From Planctomycetota bacterium (lineage in GTDB: Bacteria; Planctomycetota; UBA8742; JACQVU01; JANLHZ01), in the NCBI GenBank assembly GCA_024653775.1, contig JANLHZ010000106.1, forward strand, positions 1-60,377: a stretch of 60,377 bases of DNA, given 5' to 3'. Positions 57,874-60,377 of the stretch are shown piece by piece. The notes below the pieces were generated by a model. That model was not told where the DNA came from and did not search any database. It was given only the letters and a program-made list of their open reading frames with translations. Every line of letters starts with the position of its first letter. The stretch's first letter is position 1. A program made the translations under genes and the position numbers.

Positions 57874-60096
57874 TCAAAACAGCGCGGTGAAACTGAGCAG
57901 CACGCCGGTGTCCTGATCGATGTTCTGGATGCGGTTGCGGTCGATGTCGAACCTGTATTCGAACTTGAAAATGAAATTCGCGGAAAGGTCGAGCCGGACG
58001 CCGGCGCTCGCGGCTTTGCGATCGCCCGAGGTTTCGTTCCAGTAGTCGGTGTCGATGTAATCGTAGCGGAGCACAAGCCTCATCGCACTCTCCTCCTCGT
58101 GCGCGAGCAGACCGAGGAAATCGCTCACGAATCCGAACGTCGGCTTCCACGCGGTCTCGAAATACATTCCCTGCATCCTCTCCGGGATCGGACGGCCCCC
58201 GGTGTTTTCGTCGATGTGGATGTAGACCCCTTCGCCGCGGAACTCGAGTTCGGAGACGCTCCAGTAGCCGTCGAGGCACGCGATAAAAATGCCGTTCGCG
58301 CTGCGATCGTCGTATTTGCCGTAGAACGAGGACAGGCCGACCTCGAAGTCGCGGATGAACCCCGGTTTGTATCCGAAGCGTCCGACGAAGCTCTTTGTGG
58401 AATTGAAGTCGCTCGAAATGCCGTCGCGGGAGACCGCGCCGCGAAGGCCGCGGCCATCGAATATTTCGCCATTGACGCCGTTCACCGCGAACGCCTCGAA
58501 GCTGAACCGCTCCTTGCGGTACGTCGGCTCGCCGCTGATTCCGATCGCGACGTCCCGCCAAAGCGCGGGCACGAGCGCCCTCGAAGACAGCGGCAGCGAA
58601 ACCAGATTCCGCTGGAACGAGAAATGCTGCGCGTTCAGCCTCCCTATCGGAAGCGGCACGACCCCGCCGGACAGCCGGAGGGAGTTCGCGATGACGCCGA
58701 AGTCGAACCGCGCCCGCGAAACGCGAACGCTTTCGAAGTCAGAATCGGTTTCGCTTCCAAGTGTGTAGACGTTTCCGGGATCATCGATCTTCCCCGCGTT
58801 TTTGAATTCGACGTCCGCCCCGACGTCGAGAAGCGGGAGGTTCGCTTCGATCGAAAGCCCGAGTCCCGAAGCCTCGAGAGACGGATGCTCGTTTGCGACG
58901 TCGATGAACGCCACGTCAAGGTAGCCGCTGAACTTCGGTTCGTATTCGCCCGATTCGCTTGCAGCGGAAGAAATGGAGGAATCGAGTTTCTGCTCGAGTT
59001 CGTTCGTTCGCGCTTCGAGGCGCGAAATAGCCTCCTGCTGGCGCAGGGCGATTTCAGCGAGTTCGCTTTGCGCGGATGAAGAATCCTCGACTATCTCGAC
59101 GCCGTCCGCGCCGATGATCGTTCCCGGATTCTCGCGCGCCAGTGGTATCGTCTGTACCTCGCGCTCGGGCGCGATAGTCTCCGCGGGAAGTTCAGCGGCC
59201 GCGGGTTCCTGAGTTTCATCCGCGGGAGTTTCCTCCACCGCGATTTCCGCGTCTTCCGCGTCTTCCGCGGGCGCGCCAGTTTCCGGAGCCGCATCCGCCG
59301 CGGGTTGCGCTACAGGTTTCGCACGGTTTTCACTGGTCCACTCGATTATGCGCTCGAAAACCCCGTCCGTAATCATCGCAGCTTCCTCCATATTCATCGC
59401 AGACCCGGCTTCGACTTCGATAAACTCCGCCTTGTCCCCGAGCGCTTCCCGGAAGGCGTTTTTCTCGGCGACTTCGACCTCCTCGCCGGCCTCGTTCGTA
59501 ATGGTGCGCACCCGCGGCTTTCGGATCACGATCAGCATCGGGATTTCGAGCGCCATGCAGGTTTCGAGCGTTTTCAGACCCTTGAACTCCACGCGAGGAT
59601 TCACGAGTACGAGTCCTTGCCAGGCCCCATTCGCGCGGACGAACTCTACCGCCACGCTTGCGCCGAGTCCGGTGCCGAGCGCGAAACAGAACGCATTCTC
59701 CGGCTGCGCGATATTCCGGGAGAACGCAATCAGGTCATCGTCCATCATTGCAAAGTCGTCCACGGTGAGATTTTCCGGATGCAGTGTCGCTTCGCCGCGA
59801 GCGATCGACTGTCCGTGCCCGCGAAGGTCCGGAATTGCAACGTCGCAGCCTTCGATGGCGAACCGCGGCGCAAGAATTCGAAACGAGCTTCGATCAGCGA
59901 AAAGCGAGTGAACGAGAATGACGCTCGCGCGCGCGTCTCCCGACGCGTGGTAGACGTCGCCGCGAAGCGTGAAGCCATCCGCGGTTTCGAATTCCACCGC
60001 CTCGACCGTCGCAACTCCATCGGGAACGCTTGCGCAACCCGCGAAGAGAGCCGACGCGACGACGATGAATAATGCTGCTGATCGTGTTCTGTTCAC
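57874..60096 (-). CDS. Lipoprotein fusing an alpha/beta-hydrolase domain to an outer-membrane beta-barrel
   Basis: LFAGC lipobox; VILVH, DLRGHGQS; acidic linker and coiled coil; amphipathic strands ending in C-terminal Phe. Confidence 0.72.
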   Translation of the reverse strand: MNRTRSAALFIVVASALFAGCASVPDGVATVEAVEFETADGFTLRGDVYHASGDARASVILVHSLFADRSSFRILAPRFAIEGCDVAIPDLRGHGQSIARGEATLHPENLTVDDFAMMDDDLIAFSRNIAQPENAFCFALGTGLGASVAVEFVRANGAWQGLVLVNPRVEFKGLKTLETCMALEIPMLIVIRKPRVRTITNEAGEEVEVAEKNAFREALGDKAEFIEVEAGSAMNMEEAAMITDGVFERIIEWTSENRAKPVAQPAADAAPETGAPAEDAEDAEIAVEETPADETQEPAAAELPAETIAPEREVQTIPLARENPGTIIGADGVEIVEDSSSAQSELAEIALRQQEAISRLEARTNELEQKLDSSISSAASESGEYEPKFSGYLDVAFIDVANEHPSLEASGLGLSIEANLPLLDVGADVEFKNAGKIDDPGNVYTLGSETDSDFESVRVSRARFDFGVIANSLRLSGGVVPLPIGRLNAQHFSFQRNLVSLPLSSRALVPALWRDVAIGISGEPTYRKERFSFEAFAVNGVNGEIFDGRGLRGAVSRDGISSDFNSTKSFVGRFGYKPGFIRDFEVGLSSFYGKYDDRSANGIFIACLDGYWSVSELEFRGEGVYIHIDENTGGRPIPERMQGMYFETAWKPTFGFVSDFLGLLAHEEESAMRLVLRYDYIDTDYWNETSGDRKAASAGVRLDLSANFIFKFEYRFDIDRNRIQNIDQDTGVLLSFTALF

Positions 60097-60281
60097 CTGG
60101 AGGGAATATCAGAGTGCGAATATGGATAATCGTGATTGTTTAACGTCCGGCGCGGGGAATCGTTTGCGCCGAAGGGAGGAATGATATTCGATCGTGGCGC
60201 TATGGTGAATAGTCCTTCCAAACTATCTGTGAAGACGGGGGGACAGCACGCATCCGTTCGCCGTGATTCCGCCTTGCGCTT

Positions 60282-60377
60282 AGAAACTATCGTAGGCAAG
60301 CGACATCGATAATTCGGAGCCGTCAAACGAGACGTTTGACGGCTTTTGCGGACGAGGACGTCCGCGGTCCCAGGTGC
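60282..60377 (+). mobile_element. Family A copy, cut off by the window end
   Basis: AGAAACTATCGTAGGC followed by hairpins identical to the 56026 copy. Confidence 0.78.

Noticed and set aside
1-60377. tRNA, rRNA or riboswitch genes
   Set aside because: No cloverleaf, rRNA-like or recognisable riboswitch sequence seen in the intergenic regions by eye; a covariance scan is needed to exclude them fully

Overview
GC-rich bacterial chromosome window, probably from a PVC/Planctomycetota-like organism (inferred from gene content only). It carries housekeeping and envelope genes (mnmA, nusA, infB, hisI, mvaD, comEC, two plsC-like genes, three glycosyltransferases, two histidine kinases, a Ser/Thr kinase, a WYL regulator, an ABC permease) and several small palindromic or MITE-like repeat families. 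The standout is a ~4 kb island inserted in the 3' end of mnmA and bounded by a 116-bp direct repeat with only synonymous differences. Its five minus-strand ORFs are a probable single jelly-roll (penton-like) protein, a probable STIV/PRD1-type double jelly-roll major capsid protein, a lysozyme/lytic-transglycosylase-like protein coupled to a membrane-anchored partner, and a small beta-rich protein. I see no integrase, replication protein or packaging ATPase in it. It may be a virus remnant, a satellite, or a domesticated capsid-plus-muralytic-effector module. All protein calls come from reading motifs by eye; no searches were run.
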